In this document: positions 48,060 to 58,011 of the stretch, in pieces
Layout: every line of letters starts with the position of its first letter
Position numbering within the stretch: position 1 is the stretch's first letter
NCBI GenBank assembly: GCA_003281705.1
Contig: QCBF01000004.1
Span: forward strand, 1,344 to 65,343
Reading direction: 5' to 3'
From: Prochlorococcus sp. AG-347-C10
Lineage (GTDB): Bacteria; Cyanobacteriota; Cyanobacteriia; PCC-6307; Cyanobiaceae
DNA: 64,000 bases
Made by a program: the position numbers and the translations under genes
Notes under the pieces: generated by a model
Seen by the model: only the letters and a program-made list of their open reading frames with translations
Databases searched by the model: none
What the model was told of the DNA's origin: nothing

Positions 48060-48809
48060 TTATTTTTCAATTGCATATTGCCATTCGTTATTTTGAGATA
48101 AACTTTTCTCTCTAAGTAACTGTAATTTCCTACTATTTATTTTGATAACTATCCCATTCGTTGGATATTTCGCAAATATTTTTCTCTCTAACCAATTTTT
48201 TTTATATATTTGGATTTCGCTTTTATGATTTGTGAAGTAACTGTCAGGGGTGCTGAAGCCACATTTTTTAAGATAGTTAAGGGTTTCGTATTGATTAAGT
48301 CTTCCATTAAGTATTTGGAAACAGCAAAAGCTGAGACTTTCTCCAATCCCTTTCTTATCATTGAGGTATTTTCTTGTAATTCTTTGGGAAATGCCGGCAA
48401 CTTGGTTTGTAGCGTATAGTTCACCTCTAATTTGAAAATCTCGTTTGATAGGAATACAATTGGGGACATTTTTAATTTGTTTAATTTTGCTTGAGACATC
48501 AAATCCTCTTTTTGTAATAGCTTTATTAAAATTGCCATTTATATATCTAATTGCAATAGCACAGCCATCAATTTTTGGTTGAATGCTTAATCTTGTTTTT
48601 GTTAATAAACTTTCCAAAAATTCTTTATAGTTTTCTTTAGCTAATTTTGGCAAAAGTTTATTATTTTTTTGACTAAAGTAGTCAGGCTCTGGATCAACAG
48701 GAATAAAGAGCTTTTCAAGTTGCTTAAATGCATCATCCGAAATTATGCCTTCACCTATTCTGTATTGTTCATCTAGATACTTAACATCTCTCACTAATAA
48801 ATTATTCAT
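48060..48809 (-). CDS. Truncated NAD-dependent DNA ligase (adenylation domain only)
   Basis: YRIGEGIISDDAF (domain Ia-like), PKIDG, IRGE, TNGIVIK, YAIEK then stop. Confidence 0.85.
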   Translation of the reverse strand: MNNLLVRDVKYLDEQYRIGEGIISDDAFKQLEKLFIPVDPEPDYFSQKNNKLLPKLAKENYKEFLESLLTKTRLSIQPKIDGCAIAIRYINGNFNKAITKRGFDVSSKIKQIKNVPNCIPIKRDFQIRGELYATNQVAGISQRITRKYLNDKKGIGESLSFCCFQILNGRLNQYETLNYLKKCGFSTPDSYFTNHKSEIQIYKKNWLERKIFAKYPTNGIVIKINSRKLQLLREKSLSQNNEWQYAIEK

Positions 48810-49085
48810 AATAATTTTGATAAATATTTAAAAATCTTTTAGAAAAATCATTTAAACAAAGATTTGAAAATTAAAATTAGATTTAAAAAGTAGTTGCCCA
48901 CTAAATATCCTCCTACGCAGAGAGCAATTTAAGAGTATAAAATGTACGGAATAGAAGCCTAAATTAAATACTTCAATCAAACATATTTACTTGAAAGTGA
49001 AATAGAAAATTTTAAGGATTAATTTGCAGGCAAATTTTTGAAATTTCTATCAATACCAAAAAAAATTTTTTAAAGTTATGAGAAA

Positions 49086-50240
49086 ATGTCATTTTTATTA
49101 AAAGCTCAAAATACCTGGGAAAATTTTGCGAAATACAAAATTAATGATTATGCAAAATTAAGAAATTTTGATTTTGGGCCAAATAAAGAAAGTTCAGTTT
49201 CAAAATTATCACCTTTCATTACTCATAGAATATTATCGGAATATGATCTGATTCATGATATTAAAAGTAAGTACAAATTCAAAAATTCAACTAAATTTGT
49301 TGAAGAAATATTTTGGAGAGTTTACTGGAAAGGGTGGATGGAAAATAGACCTAAAGTTTGGCGAAATTTTATTTCAGAGAACAATCTCGATTTTGATTAT
49401 GAGCTATATGAAAGTGCAATTAATGGCAATACAGAAATAGATTTTTTTAATTCTTGGGTCCATGAATTAAAGCAGTACAACTATTTGCATAACCATACAA
49501 GAATGTGGTTTGCGAGTACTTGGATATTTAATTTAGGTCTCCCATGGCAATTGGGAGCAAAGTTTTTCTTTAAGTATCTTTTCGATGGTGATGCTGCATC
49601 TAATCTCCTTAGCTGGAGATGGGTCGGAGGATTGCAAACGAAGGGTAAGCAATATCTTTTTTCATCATCAAACCTCAGGAAATTTTCAAATAATAGATTT
49701 GATTCAGAAAAAATAAGTAATCAACAAATTTTTCTTGAAGAATTTAATCAAATACCATTAGAAGATGAGATTTATAAAAATGATATGGATCCCAAATCAG
49801 ATAATCTGATTATGTTTGAAAATGATCTCCACCTTTCAACCCTTAAAAATTTACTTCCAAGCTATAAAAAAGTATTTATTATCCTTTTAAATAATGAACA
49901 AAGACAAATTAAATTGTCTGAATCTGTTTTGAAATTTAAACAAGATTTGGTTTCTGAATTTGTAGAGCAATTTGATCATGTTAAACAGATTGCTCCAAAT
50001 TCACTGGAAAATACTTTTAAAAATACTAACGAAATAGACATTATTTACCCAGGAGTGGGAGAAAACTATGATTTTATTACTGAGTTTAAAAATATACACA
50101 ATAAAAAAATTTTTAACCTTGTTAGAGATGAAGATTTATTTGCTTGGAAATTCGCCAAAAAAGGGTTTTTCAAATTTAAAGAAACCATTCCGAGAATTAA
50201 TCAGAGAATAGTTGAAAATTATTCAAAAAATAATTTTTAA
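49086..50240 (+). CDS. Short photolyase with N-terminal FAD domain
   Basis: VSKLSPFI, EIFWRVYW, YLHNHTRMWFAS, DGDAASNLLSWRW all in the N-terminal half. Confidence 0.85.
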   Translation: MSFLLKAQNTWENFAKYKINDYAKLRNFDFGPNKESSVSKLSPFITHRILSEYDLIHDIKSKYKFKNSTKFVEEIFWRVYWKGWMENRPKVWRNFISENNLDFDYELYESAINGNTEIDFFNSWVHELKQYNYLHNHTRMWFASTWIFNLGLPWQLGAKFFFKYLFDGDAASNLLSWRWVGGLQTKGKQYLFSSSNLRKFSNNRFDSEKISNQQIFLEEFNQIPLEDEIYKNDMDPKSDNLIMFENDLHLSTLKNLLPSYKKVFIILLNNEQRQIKLSESVLKFKQDLVSEFVEQFDHVKQIAPNSLENTFKNTNEIDIIYPGVGENYDFITEFKNIHNKKIFNLVRDEDLFAWKFAKKGFFKFKETIPRINQRIVENYSKNNF

Positions 50241-50376
50241 CTTAGTTGAATTTCTAATCAGAAAAAGAATTCATTAGAGAACTAAGTATAAATACTTAAT
50301 TAGGTGCGACTTTTGCTGTTTGATCCACGATGGATACTGTGACTAGTTATTTTTACTTAAGGATAATTTTTTTATA

Positions 50377-50925
50377 GTGCTTTCAACAATTCTTACCAAG
50401 TCGTTTAGCAAAGATACTGCTTTATTAATTCTTAGAGTTATAACTGGTACTGTTCTTATCCATCATGGTTATGAGAAATTAGCGAATATAGAAAATTTCG
50501 CTGATGCTTTTGTCAGACCTTTACATCTTCCATTCCCAATATTTTTATCCTACATAGCGGCCTTCTCAGAAATAGGCGGTAGTTGGTTACTAATTATCGG
50601 TTTAGCTACAAGATTCGGAGCTTTGGCAATTGTTGGAACAATTTCTGTCGCTATATATCATGCACTTGTTACTTCAGGTTTTAATATTTTTTTACTAGAG
50701 CTTTTACTTTTGTATTTCGCTTCTGCAACTTCAATTGCATTAATAGGTCCTGGTAATTTCTCCTTGGATGAAGTAATTATCAGAATTTTGAAATCTGAAG
50801 ATGAAGATGAAATTATACCTTCAACAGAATCTAAATCTTCCAAGCAAGTTGAAGTTAAAGAAACAAGTAAAGGCGGTTTATTTCAATTTCTGCAAGCGAA
50901 CATACTCTCAGATACTTCAAGCTAA
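50377..50925 (+). CDS. DoxX-family membrane protein
   Basis: LRVITG, HHGYEK, GPGNFSLD. Confidence 0.88.
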   Translation: MLSTILTKSFSKDTALLILRVITGTVLIHHGYEKLANIENFADAFVRPLHLPFPIFLSYIAAFSEIGGSWLLIIGLATRFGALAIVGTISVAIYHALVTSGFNIFLLELLLLYFASATSIALIGPGNFSLDEVIIRILKSEDEDEIIPSTESKSSKQVEVKETSKGGLFQFLQANILSDTSS

Positions 50926-51090
50926 CTTTTTTGGATAAAGGCTATTTATCAGCTCTAACCGTTTACGATAACTGTTTCTCTTCTCGAGTTTTATCTTAAT
51001 TGTTGCTTCAGAAAGACTTATAAACAGTCCGATAGCAGTCACCCAGGATAAAAAAATAAAAGGGTTTTCTGGAATTTCTGAGAAATTCAT
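50917..51090 (-). CDS. 57-aa TM microprotein (SLYP family)
   Basis: MNFSEIPENPFIFLSWVTAIGLFISLSEA...INSLYPKKLA. Confidence 0.55.
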   Translation of the reverse strand: MNFSEIPENPFIFLSWVTAIGLFISLSEATIKIKLEKRNSYRKRLELINSLYPKKLA

Positions 51091-51164
51091 ATGAATAATA
51101 CTTCTTTTTTAAAATTGACTGATCACTATATGTTTTTCAACCTAAATATACAATTTAGAAATAT

Positions 51165-51716
51165 TTAAGGATTAATTTCAACTTTTTCCCATTTCTTAAT
51201 CTTTTCCCAAAGATATCGTTTATGAAAAGGCTGTTCTAATTTAAGAAGATCTACTGAATCGATTACAAAATTTAAAACTACAAAATTTTCTGGCTTGGGT
51301 AAATTGGAAAATACTTCATGAGCAGATTGCACTTTTGGGTTTATTTTCTCTCCAGGAGATCCCCAAAACCAAGAAGATTTTGATTTTTCTGATAATAAAT
51401 CCCAATAATTTTTGTTATCACTTAATTCACGTATTTTTCCTTTGAATCTAAATTGTGATTTGGTTTTCAAAAAGAACCATAATATTTCTGCATTAGGGTT
51501 AGATTTTAAATGCCCAATTTTTTCACTTCTTCTATCTGTAAAAATAATCATTGAATTATCTTTATGCCATCCTCTGAAAACAACTGTTCTTAATCTTGGC
51601 TCGTTTTCTTCGCTGACCGTTGCAAGCTGTATCCATCTATTAGAGGGAGATTTGCCCTCTTTTTTTCTAGCGGATTTTAAATCTTGTCTCCAACTTGGTA
51701 AGTTGTTATCAGGCAT
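51165..51716 (-). CDS. Pyridoxamine 5'-phosphate oxidase-related FMN-binding protein
   Basis: QLATV, RTVVFRG, TDRRSEK, QFRFKG. Confidence 0.88.
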   Translation of the reverse strand: MPDNNLPSWRQDLKSARKKEGKSPSNRWIQLATVSEENEPRLRTVVFRGWHKDNSMIIFTDRRSEKIGHLKSNPNAEILWFFLKTKSQFRFKGKIRELSDNKNYWDLLSEKSKSSWFWGSPGEKINPKVQSAHEVFSNLPKPENFVVLNFVIDSVDLLKLEQPFHKRYLWEKIKKWEKVEINP

Positions 51717-52338
51717 TTAATTTAGGCAATATAAGACCACTTTTCTTTTTGTATTCTTCGAATGAATCATATTTTGCTAGCGATTTATCTTTTTTTATCA
51801 TTCTTGGTAGAAAAACAATAGAGAAAAATATTGCAAGAATTACTAATGGAATGATGCTCATTGAAAGTATGGCGAATGATAGATAAATTAGTATTTCTCC
51901 TAGATAATTTGTATTCCTTATATTTTTGAAAAATCCTTCTTTAATTAGATCTTTTTTTAATTTAAGAGAAAAATATTTTTGGGCATCACTAGCAAAGTGT
52001 AAAAATACACCAATTATATTTATTGATACAGATGCAGCTATTACGATGTTTGGAACAGATTTCTGAGATGAGATAAGAATGTAGGGAGCTACCCAGTAAC
52101 TTCCAAGGAAAATAAAACCAGTAACTGAAGTTAAAAAATTGATTTTTTCTTTAAAATAAGGATCTGGGAATATTTTTTCTTTTAGAAGCCAAAGTAATCC
52201 ATAAGTACCATGCAGTGCTAAATAAACGTATGGAGCTATCGTAAAATTATCAAAAAAAATCATAAGACCTATTACTACAAATGCAGTGAGCCCCTTATGT
52301 AGATTAATTATTTGATTAAGTTTCATCTTTTTTAACAA
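51709..52338 (-). CDS. ICMT/steroid-reductase-like membrane protein
   Basis: SDAQKY, GFFKNIRNTNYLGE, EYKKKS..ILP. Confidence 0.8.
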   Translation of the reverse strand: MLKKMKLNQIINLHKGLTAFVVIGLMIFFDNFTIAPYVYLALHGTYGLLWLLKEKIFPDPYFKEKINFLTSVTGFIFLGSYWVAPYILISSQKSVPNIVIAASVSINIIGVFLHFASDAQKYFSLKLKKDLIKEGFFKNIRNTNYLGEILIYLSFAILSMSIIPLVILAIFFSIVFLPRMIKKDKSLAKYDSFEEYKKKSGLILPKLNA

Positions 52339-52393
52339 TCTAAAAAATGAAATTATTTTCTGTGGCTATAACCTAGGTCGTCAAAAGTTTTAA

Positions 52394-52465
52394 TGGGCGA
52401 TACTGGATTCGAACCAGTGGCCACTACCGTGTCGAGGTAGTGCTCTACCACTGAGCTAATCGCCC
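52394..52465 (-). tRNA. trnV: tRNA-Val(GAC)
   Basis: GGGCGATTAGCTCAGTGGTAGAGC..CTC-GAC-ACGG..GGTTCGAATCC..ATCGCCCA cloverleaf. Confidence 0.97.
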
Positions 52466-52513
52466 AAATTGAAGAATTTTTATTCCCCTTATAAGAAAAT
52501 AGCAGGTTGCGTT

Positions 52514-53305
52514 TCATTTTCTAAGTAATTTTACTTTCCATCGTTCTCTTTTGGTTATTTCTAAATTTAGAATTTCGATAAATCCCTTATTTTCAAGTTC
52601 TAGTTTGTCGCCAATTTTAAGATTAATAGTTGGCTTATTAACTTTGCTTCCATTTAATCTGAGCATTCCATTTTCTATTCTTTCAATGATTTTGGTGCGT
52701 GATACCCTAAAGCCAGCTGATGCTATGGCATCTAATCTTGTTGAAGCTTCTACTGTATTGACAAGTTTTTTTGATCTTCCAGAGGGTATTTGTAATTCAT
52801 CTATACCTACTATATTAACTTTTACTTTTACGTCTCTCAAATCAAAAATCTTTTCATCCAGATGCTTAATATCTGAATTATCAATTATTCCTTGTGCTCC
52901 CCTATCGCCAATAGTCCATATATCTCCAACTTTTATTTGATTAACCCCATTTTCAATTAAAAGGGATCTAAAGTCGTCTTGTGTAGCATTATCAAATAAA
53001 AAATTTCCATTAATTTTTATTCCTTGAGCTGGAAAATTACTTTTTAGCGCATTCTCTTCAGGAACATTATCTCCTCTAAAGCAAGCTATCCTAGATCTTT
53101 GAGAAGAGGAGAATCCTCCATAAATAAAAAATTTGAAATCATTTAAATTTTCAAAATCTTTTAAAATCTCTTCGCATACATAAGTTGAATTAAACCCAGT
53201 CCAATAGGTTTCCCAATGTTTGTAAGCTAAGTTAGCAATATTAATTAATTCCTCAGTTTCTTTTTTGTAGTTTGAATTTATTAAGATTTCTTTTAAGTCA
53301 ATCAT
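52514..53305 (-). CDS. Photosystem II S4-domain protein (YlmH/Sll1252 family)
   Basis: GNFLFD, GDRGAQ, EASTRLDAIASAGF. Confidence 0.9.
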   Translation of the reverse strand: MIDLKEILINSNYKKETEELINIANLAYKHWETYWTGFNSTYVCEEILKDFENLNDFKFFIYGGFSSSQRSRIACFRGDNVPEENALKSNFPAQGIKINGNFLFDNATQDDFRSLLIENGVNQIKVGDIWTIGDRGAQGIIDNSDIKHLDEKIFDLRDVKVKVNIVGIDELQIPSGRSKKLVNTVEASTRLDAIASAGFRVSRTKIIERIENGMLRLNGSKVNKPTINLKIGDKLELENKGFIEILNLEITKRERWKVKLLRK

Positions 53306-53872
53306 TTAGCCTTCTAAAAAAATTATCTCTTTTGCTTCTGATTGTTTTATTAAAGCCCATGGTAATTCAGCTCCAATTTGATTTTCAAGTAGAACAAGCC
53401 ATTTACCCTCTTTATTAAAATTAATGATTGATCTTAACTCTTTATTTCTATTAATGTTGATACTTGCAGAAGAAACAATGCTTCCTAAATATCCTGAACC
53501 CATTCCTAAAAGACCTCCAATTAATGATTCACCGATGTTATTTAAACCAAGAAAGCTGAAGGTAGATAAATTTGTCATATTTGAAAAAGCTATTCCAGCT
53601 ATAAACCCAAATGGCATTAGCCATCTACTCATATCTTTTTGTCTGATCTTTCTATCAAGTTTAGGATTTAAGATTCTTATATCTTCAAAATTTTGAGATT
53701 TGAATAAGATATTTGCTTTCGCATTTAGCATTTCTGTTTCGTCTGATGATATTTTCTCACTTATTGGTGGGATCAAAATAGCTTCAGAGAGCATTACTGA
53801 TTTTTCTTTGAAAACATCAAATAGCTGGATACATTTATCAATGTCTTCAAATATCACAATACTTTTAGTCAA
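53306..53872 (-). CDS. Conserved hypothetical membrane protein
   Basis: WLMPFGF, GGLLGMGSG. Confidence 0.8.
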   Translation of the reverse strand: MTKSIVIFEDIDKCIQLFDVFKEKSVMLSEAILIPPISEKISSDETEMLNAKANILFKSQNFEDIRILNPKLDRKIRQKDMSRWLMPFGFIAGIAFSNMTNLSTFSFLGLNNIGESLIGGLLGMGSGYLGSIVSSASININRNKELRSIINFNKEGKWLVLLENQIGAELPWALIKQSEAKEIIFLEG

Positions 53873-53971
53873 ATTTCAATCCTCAAATGTTTGTGTGTTA
53901 TTCAAATTAATAAAATAAGATACATACACTATAGATTAAGTTAAAGTAAAAGATTAAAGAACCAATCTTAG

Positions 53972-55558
53972 ATGACAAAAGTTCTAATTACAGATCCAAT
54001 TGATCAAACAGGAATCGATATTCTTTCACAAGTTGCTCAGGTTGATCAGAAGATAGGAATCTCAGACTCTGAGTTAGCTTCCATTATTAAAGATTATGAT
54101 GCTTTAATGATTCGCTCTGGTACGCAAGTGACTGAAGAGATTATTAATTCTTCAAGTAAACTAAGAATCATTGGGAGAGCAGGAGTTGGAGTCGATAATG
54201 TAGATGTTAAGGCTGCTACGCAAAAAGGAGTCCTCGTTGTTAATTCTCCAGGGGGTAACACAATAGCTGCGGCTGAACATACTATAGCTATGATGTTGGC
54301 CTTATCTAGACATATTCCAATTGCTAATACTAGTACTTTGTTAGGTAAATGGGAGAGAAAGAAATTCGTTGGGAATGAGCTTTATAAGAAAAAATTAGGT
54401 GTAGTAGGTTTAGGGAAAATTGGTGCTCATGTAGCTAAAGTTGCTAATGCATTAGGAATGGAAGTTTGCGGATATGATCCCTTTGTTTCAACTGAAAGAG
54501 CTCAACAAATACAGGTTAAACTATCTGATCTAGAAGATTTATTTAAACAATCCGATTATGTAACTTTGCATTTGCCTCGCACATCAGAGACAGAGAATTT
54601 AGTAAATATGGAGGTCCTTAAAAGTATGAAAAGTAGCGCAAAATTAATTAATTGTGCTCGAGGAGGCTTGATTGACGAAGAGGCATTAGCAGAAGCTTTA
54701 AATAGATCATTGATTGCAGGTGCTGCAATAGATGTTTTTTCTAAAGAACCTTTGGAATCTAATTCACCACTTTTGAAGGTTGAGAAGAATCTTATCCTTA
54801 CCCCGCACTTAGGTGCATCTACTCGGGAAGCACAAGAAAATGTAGCTGTTGATGTTGCAGAACAAATAAGAGATGTCTTGCTTGGTTTATCTGCTAGAAC
54901 TGCAGTAAATATTCCAGGTTTGAGCCCTGATATTATGGATAGTCTAAAACCTCATTTGCAGTTGGCTGAAACAATGGGTCTGCTTATAAGCCAGCTTTCA
55001 GGTGGGCAGATACAGAAACTAGAAGTAAAGCTTCAAGGTGAATTTGTTCAACATCCTTCTCAGCCATTAATAATAGCTAGTCTAAAAGGACTTCTAAGTA
55101 AAGCTTTGGGAGATAGGATTAATTATGTGAATGCTTCGCTAGAAGCAGATTCAAGAGGTATTTCGGTAGTCGAGAATAAAGATGAGGCAAGACCAGAATT
55201 TGCTAGTGGTTCGCTTCAGTTAACGACTTATGGAGATAATGGCGACCATAGCGTGGCAGGGAGCATTTTTGCTGATGGAGAATTAAGAATTATAAGTATT
55301 GATCAATACCCAGTTAATGTATCGCCAAGCAGATATATGTTGGTTACTAGGCACAGGGACATGCCAGGCATTATTGGCAAGCTGGGGTCTTTATTAGGTA
55401 GCAACAATGTAAATATTGCCTCAATGCAAGTTGGGCGCAAAATTGTCAGAGGGGAAGCTGTTATGGTTCTAAGTATTGATGATCCAATACCTAATAAGCT
55501 GCTTGATACCATTATTGAAGTAGATGGGATTACCAACGCTAATCCAGTTACTTTATGA
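53972..55558 (+). CDS. serA: D-3-phosphoglycerate dehydrogenase
   Basis: RAGVGVDNVD, GLGKIG, TPHLGAST, C-terminal ACT domain. Confidence 0.97.
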   Translation: MTKVLITDPIDQTGIDILSQVAQVDQKIGISDSELASIIKDYDALMIRSGTQVTEEIINSSSKLRIIGRAGVGVDNVDVKAATQKGVLVVNSPGGNTIAAAEHTIAMMLALSRHIPIANTSTLLGKWERKKFVGNELYKKKLGVVGLGKIGAHVAKVANALGMEVCGYDPFVSTERAQQIQVKLSDLEDLFKQSDYVTLHLPRTSETENLVNMEVLKSMKSSAKLINCARGGLIDEEALAEALNRSLIAGAAIDVFSKEPLESNSPLLKVEKNLILTPHLGASTREAQENVAVDVAEQIRDVLLGLSARTAVNIPGLSPDIMDSLKPHLQLAETMGLLISQLSGGQIQKLEVKLQGEFVQHPSQPLIIASLKGLLSKALGDRINYVNASLEADSRGISVVENKDEARPEFASGSLQLTTYGDNGDHSVAGSIFADGELRIISIDQYPVNVSPSRYMLVTRHRDMPGIIGKLGSLLGSNNVNIASMQVGRKIVRGEAVMVLSIDDPIPNKLLDTIIEVDGITNANPVTL

Positions 55559-55576
55559 AGTAACTTTTCTTCGTTA

Positions 55577-56488
55577 ATGGAAACTAAAGATTGGTATAAG
55601 TTAACTTTTCTGATAGAAAGTGATTCTGAAGAAATTATTATTTGGAAATTAAATGAGCTGGGAATATTTAGTTTTTCATTTGAATATTTAATTAAAAATA
55701 AAAATAAAAAAGAAGTAAATATATGGCTTCCAATTGATGATTGGGGCGAGAGTTCTAGAAGTGGTTTTGAAAAAATAATTAGCAAACTTCTAAACATTAA
55801 TCCCCCTATGAATCAATTTTTTCACTGGTGTATAATTAAAGAGGAGGATTGGTTGACAAGCTGGAAGAAATATTGGGCTCCTGAATTAGTAGGAAATCAT
55901 TTTTTAATATTGCCTTGTTGGATAAATCTAAATAAAAATTTTAAAGATAAACAAATCATAAAAATTGACCCTGGAGCAGCCTTTGGTACAGGAAGTCATC
56001 CTTCGACTTATCTTTGCTTAGAAAAAATGGAGAATTTTTTATTTTTTGATAAAAAGGTACTAGATATTGGTAGTGGTAGCGGAATTTTGAGTGTTGCCGC
56101 AAGATTACTTGGCGCTAAAGAGGTTTGTGCAGTGGATAATGATTATTTAGCTATAAATTCAACTAACTCTAATTTTCAACTAAATTTCGGTAATTTAAAA
56201 AACTTAAATACATATTTAGGACCTTTTAATGAGGTAATTTTAAAAAATCAACTCAAACAATTTGATTTTGTTTTATGCAATATTCTTGCTGAAGTAATAA
56301 AAGAAATGATTCCAAATATTTATAAGTGTTTAAAAAACAATGGGGAAGTCATTTTCAGTGGAATTTTGAATTCACAAAAGGATGAAATTATAAAAATATT
56401 AATTCAGAATGACTTGAAATTATTGGAAGTATCAACTAGAAAAGATTGGGCATGCATTTCTGCAAAAAAAACCAGTGATCCAACCTAA
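55577..56488 (+). CDS. prmA: Ribosomal protein L11 methyltransferase
   Basis: [28 protein letters not shown]. Confidence 0.95.
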   Translation: METKDWYKLTFLIESDSEEIIIWKLNELGIFSFSFEYLIKNKNKKEVNIWLPIDDWGESSRSGFEKIISKLLNINPPMNQFFHWCIIKEEDWLTSWKKYWAPELVGNHFLILPCWINLNKNFKDKQIIKIDPGAAFGTGSHPSTYLCLEKMENFLFFDKKVLDIGSGSGILSVAARLLGAKEVCAVDNDYLAINSTNSNFQLNFGNLKNLNTYLGPFNEVILKNQLKQFDFVLCNILAEVIKEMIPNIYKCLKNNGEVIFSGILNSQKDEIIKILIQNDLKLLEVSTRKDWACISAKKTSDPT

Positions 56489-56622
56489 GTATAAGTTTTT
56501 CTTATAGATACTCTTTCATACATTTTATTGTGTCATTTTTTACTTCAAAATCTCACATATCTACTCAATCGATGTTAAAAATGTATGTGATAGGTATTAA
56601 TTACCAACAATTTTTTATTTAA

Positions 56623-56922
56623 ATGGCTTCTTACAAAGTTACACTCATCAACGAAGGTGAAGATCTCAATTCAACTATTGAAGTACCTGATGATCAGTAC
56701 ATCCTCGACGCTGCTGAAGAACAAGGTATCGACCTCCCTTATTCCTGCAGAGCTGGAGCATGTTCAACATGTGCTGGAAAAGTTACTTCAGGAAGTGTTG
56801 ATCAGTCAGATCAAAGTTTCTTAGATGATGACCAATTAGAAGCTGGTTTTGTTCTTACATGTGTTGCTTATCCAACATCTGATGTGACAATTACAACTCA
56901 TGCTGAGGAAGAATTGTATTAA
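56623..56922 (+). CDS. petF: Plant-type [2Fe-2S] ferredoxin
   Basis: CRAGACSTC...VLTC. Confidence 0.97.
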   Translation: MASYKVTLINEGEDLNSTIEVPDDQYILDAAEEQGIDLPYSCRAGACSTCAGKVTSGSVDQSDQSFLDDDQLEAGFVLTCVAYPTSDVTITTHAEEELY

Positions 56923-56967
56923 TTATAAAAAATTAGCTTTACAAAGTTGATTATTCATTATTTCTCT

Positions 56968-56994
56968 GCCACCCTCTATGAAGGTGGCTTTTTT
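56968..56994 (+). terminator. petF terminator
   Basis: GCCACC-N9-GGTGGC T6. Confidence 0.8.
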
Positions 56995-56998
56995 GTAA

Positions 56999-57367
56999 AT
57001 GAATAAATTTGAATTTTTCAAGGCTGGCAGTGTTCAATCAAGTTATGGGGGTCAGTACAGTTATAGGGTAATTGGACCATGTTGCAGACTTTATGATAGG
57101 GAAGAGTTACCCTGGCCCTGTTCAAGGCTTGCTTGGAGAAGTAAAGAGCCTAGTTGGAGAAGAATAGGCTCTAGATTTGTTGCTGATATGGCTTCAAGAA
57201 AATGCCCATCTTACTCAGTAGAGATTTTGGAGCCGGGATCAAAACCTGTGGAGACAGTTATAACTCTTTTTTCAAAGAAATTTTCTTCTGATATACAAGA
57301 ATGGTGGTATAGCAAAAAACCAGGCTCAAAAGAGCCTGGTAACATCTTTCCTTATGAAGTTAGTTAG
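56999..57367 (+). CDS. Conserved cyanobacterial hypothetical protein
   Basis: GPCCRLYDREELPWPC, KEPSWRRIG. Confidence 0.8.
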   Translation: MNKFEFFKAGSVQSSYGGQYSYRVIGPCCRLYDREELPWPCSRLAWRSKEPSWRRIGSRFVADMASRKCPSYSVEILEPGSKPVETVITLFSKKFSSDIQEWWYSKKPGSKEPGNIFPYEVS

Positions 57368-57376
57368 CTTAAAATA

Positions 57377-57979
57377 TTATGCTTTTGGCTTTGGAGGCAT
57401 ATAACCTTTTAAACCGGTGCACTCAAGACTATCAATTGTATTAACTCCAGTTTGTGAGTTAGTTCCACTAGCTCTTTCACATAATGATTTTCTTTGAGAA
57501 AGATCAAGATTTGCATCAGTAAAGTCCGCTCCATCAATAATTGCTCCATCAAAAACACTTTTCATTAGCTCGCCATTGGTGAGATTTGCATCAGTAAAAT
57601 CAGCATTATCAAAGCGAGTTGCATATGCAATTAGGTCTGTCATATTGGCGCCTTTAAAACTAGAGTTTTTTGCAGTTGTTACGCTCATATATGCACCTTG
57701 AAGATTAGCTTCTCCTAAATCTTGATTAGATAAATCATATTTAACATATTCCGTATTATGAAGATCTGCACCATGAAGATCATCTTTTAGTACATCAACT
57801 GATGATGGATCACTAGGATAGAGTGCGTTTGCTGAGATTGGACTAATAAGTAAACCAATAATTAACGGAAGAAAAATAAATAGTCTTTTACAAGACTTAT
57901 GTAGTGATGAAAAAATTGAAACCATTTCGATCAACATCAATATAGAAAACCTAAGACTATTATTCCATGGGTTGGTCAT
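57377..57979 (-). CDS. Pentapeptide-repeat (lumenal-type) protein
   Basis: A(D/N)(L/F)xx repeats, LCERASGTN..TG..T..SLEC; start probably at MVSIFS. Confidence 0.9.
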   Translation of the reverse strand: MTNPWNNSLRFSILMLIEMVSIFSSLHKSCKRLFIFLPLIIGLLISPISANALYPSDPSSVDVLKDDLHGADLHNTEYVKYDLSNQDLGEANLQGAYMSVTTAKNSSFKGANMTDLIAYATRFDNADFTDANLTNGELMKSVFDGAIIDGADFTDANLDLSQRKSLCERASGTNSQTGVNTIDSLECTGLKGYMPPKPKA

Positions 57980-58011
57980 TTAAGACCCTTCTTCTAACGA
58001 ACTGTTGCAGT

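Noticed and set aside
1-52465. CRISPR array, integron, prophage or tycheposon core
   Set aside because: Repeats are irregularly spaced; no cas, integrase, transposase or phage structural genes, and no tRNA-Val fragments were noticed
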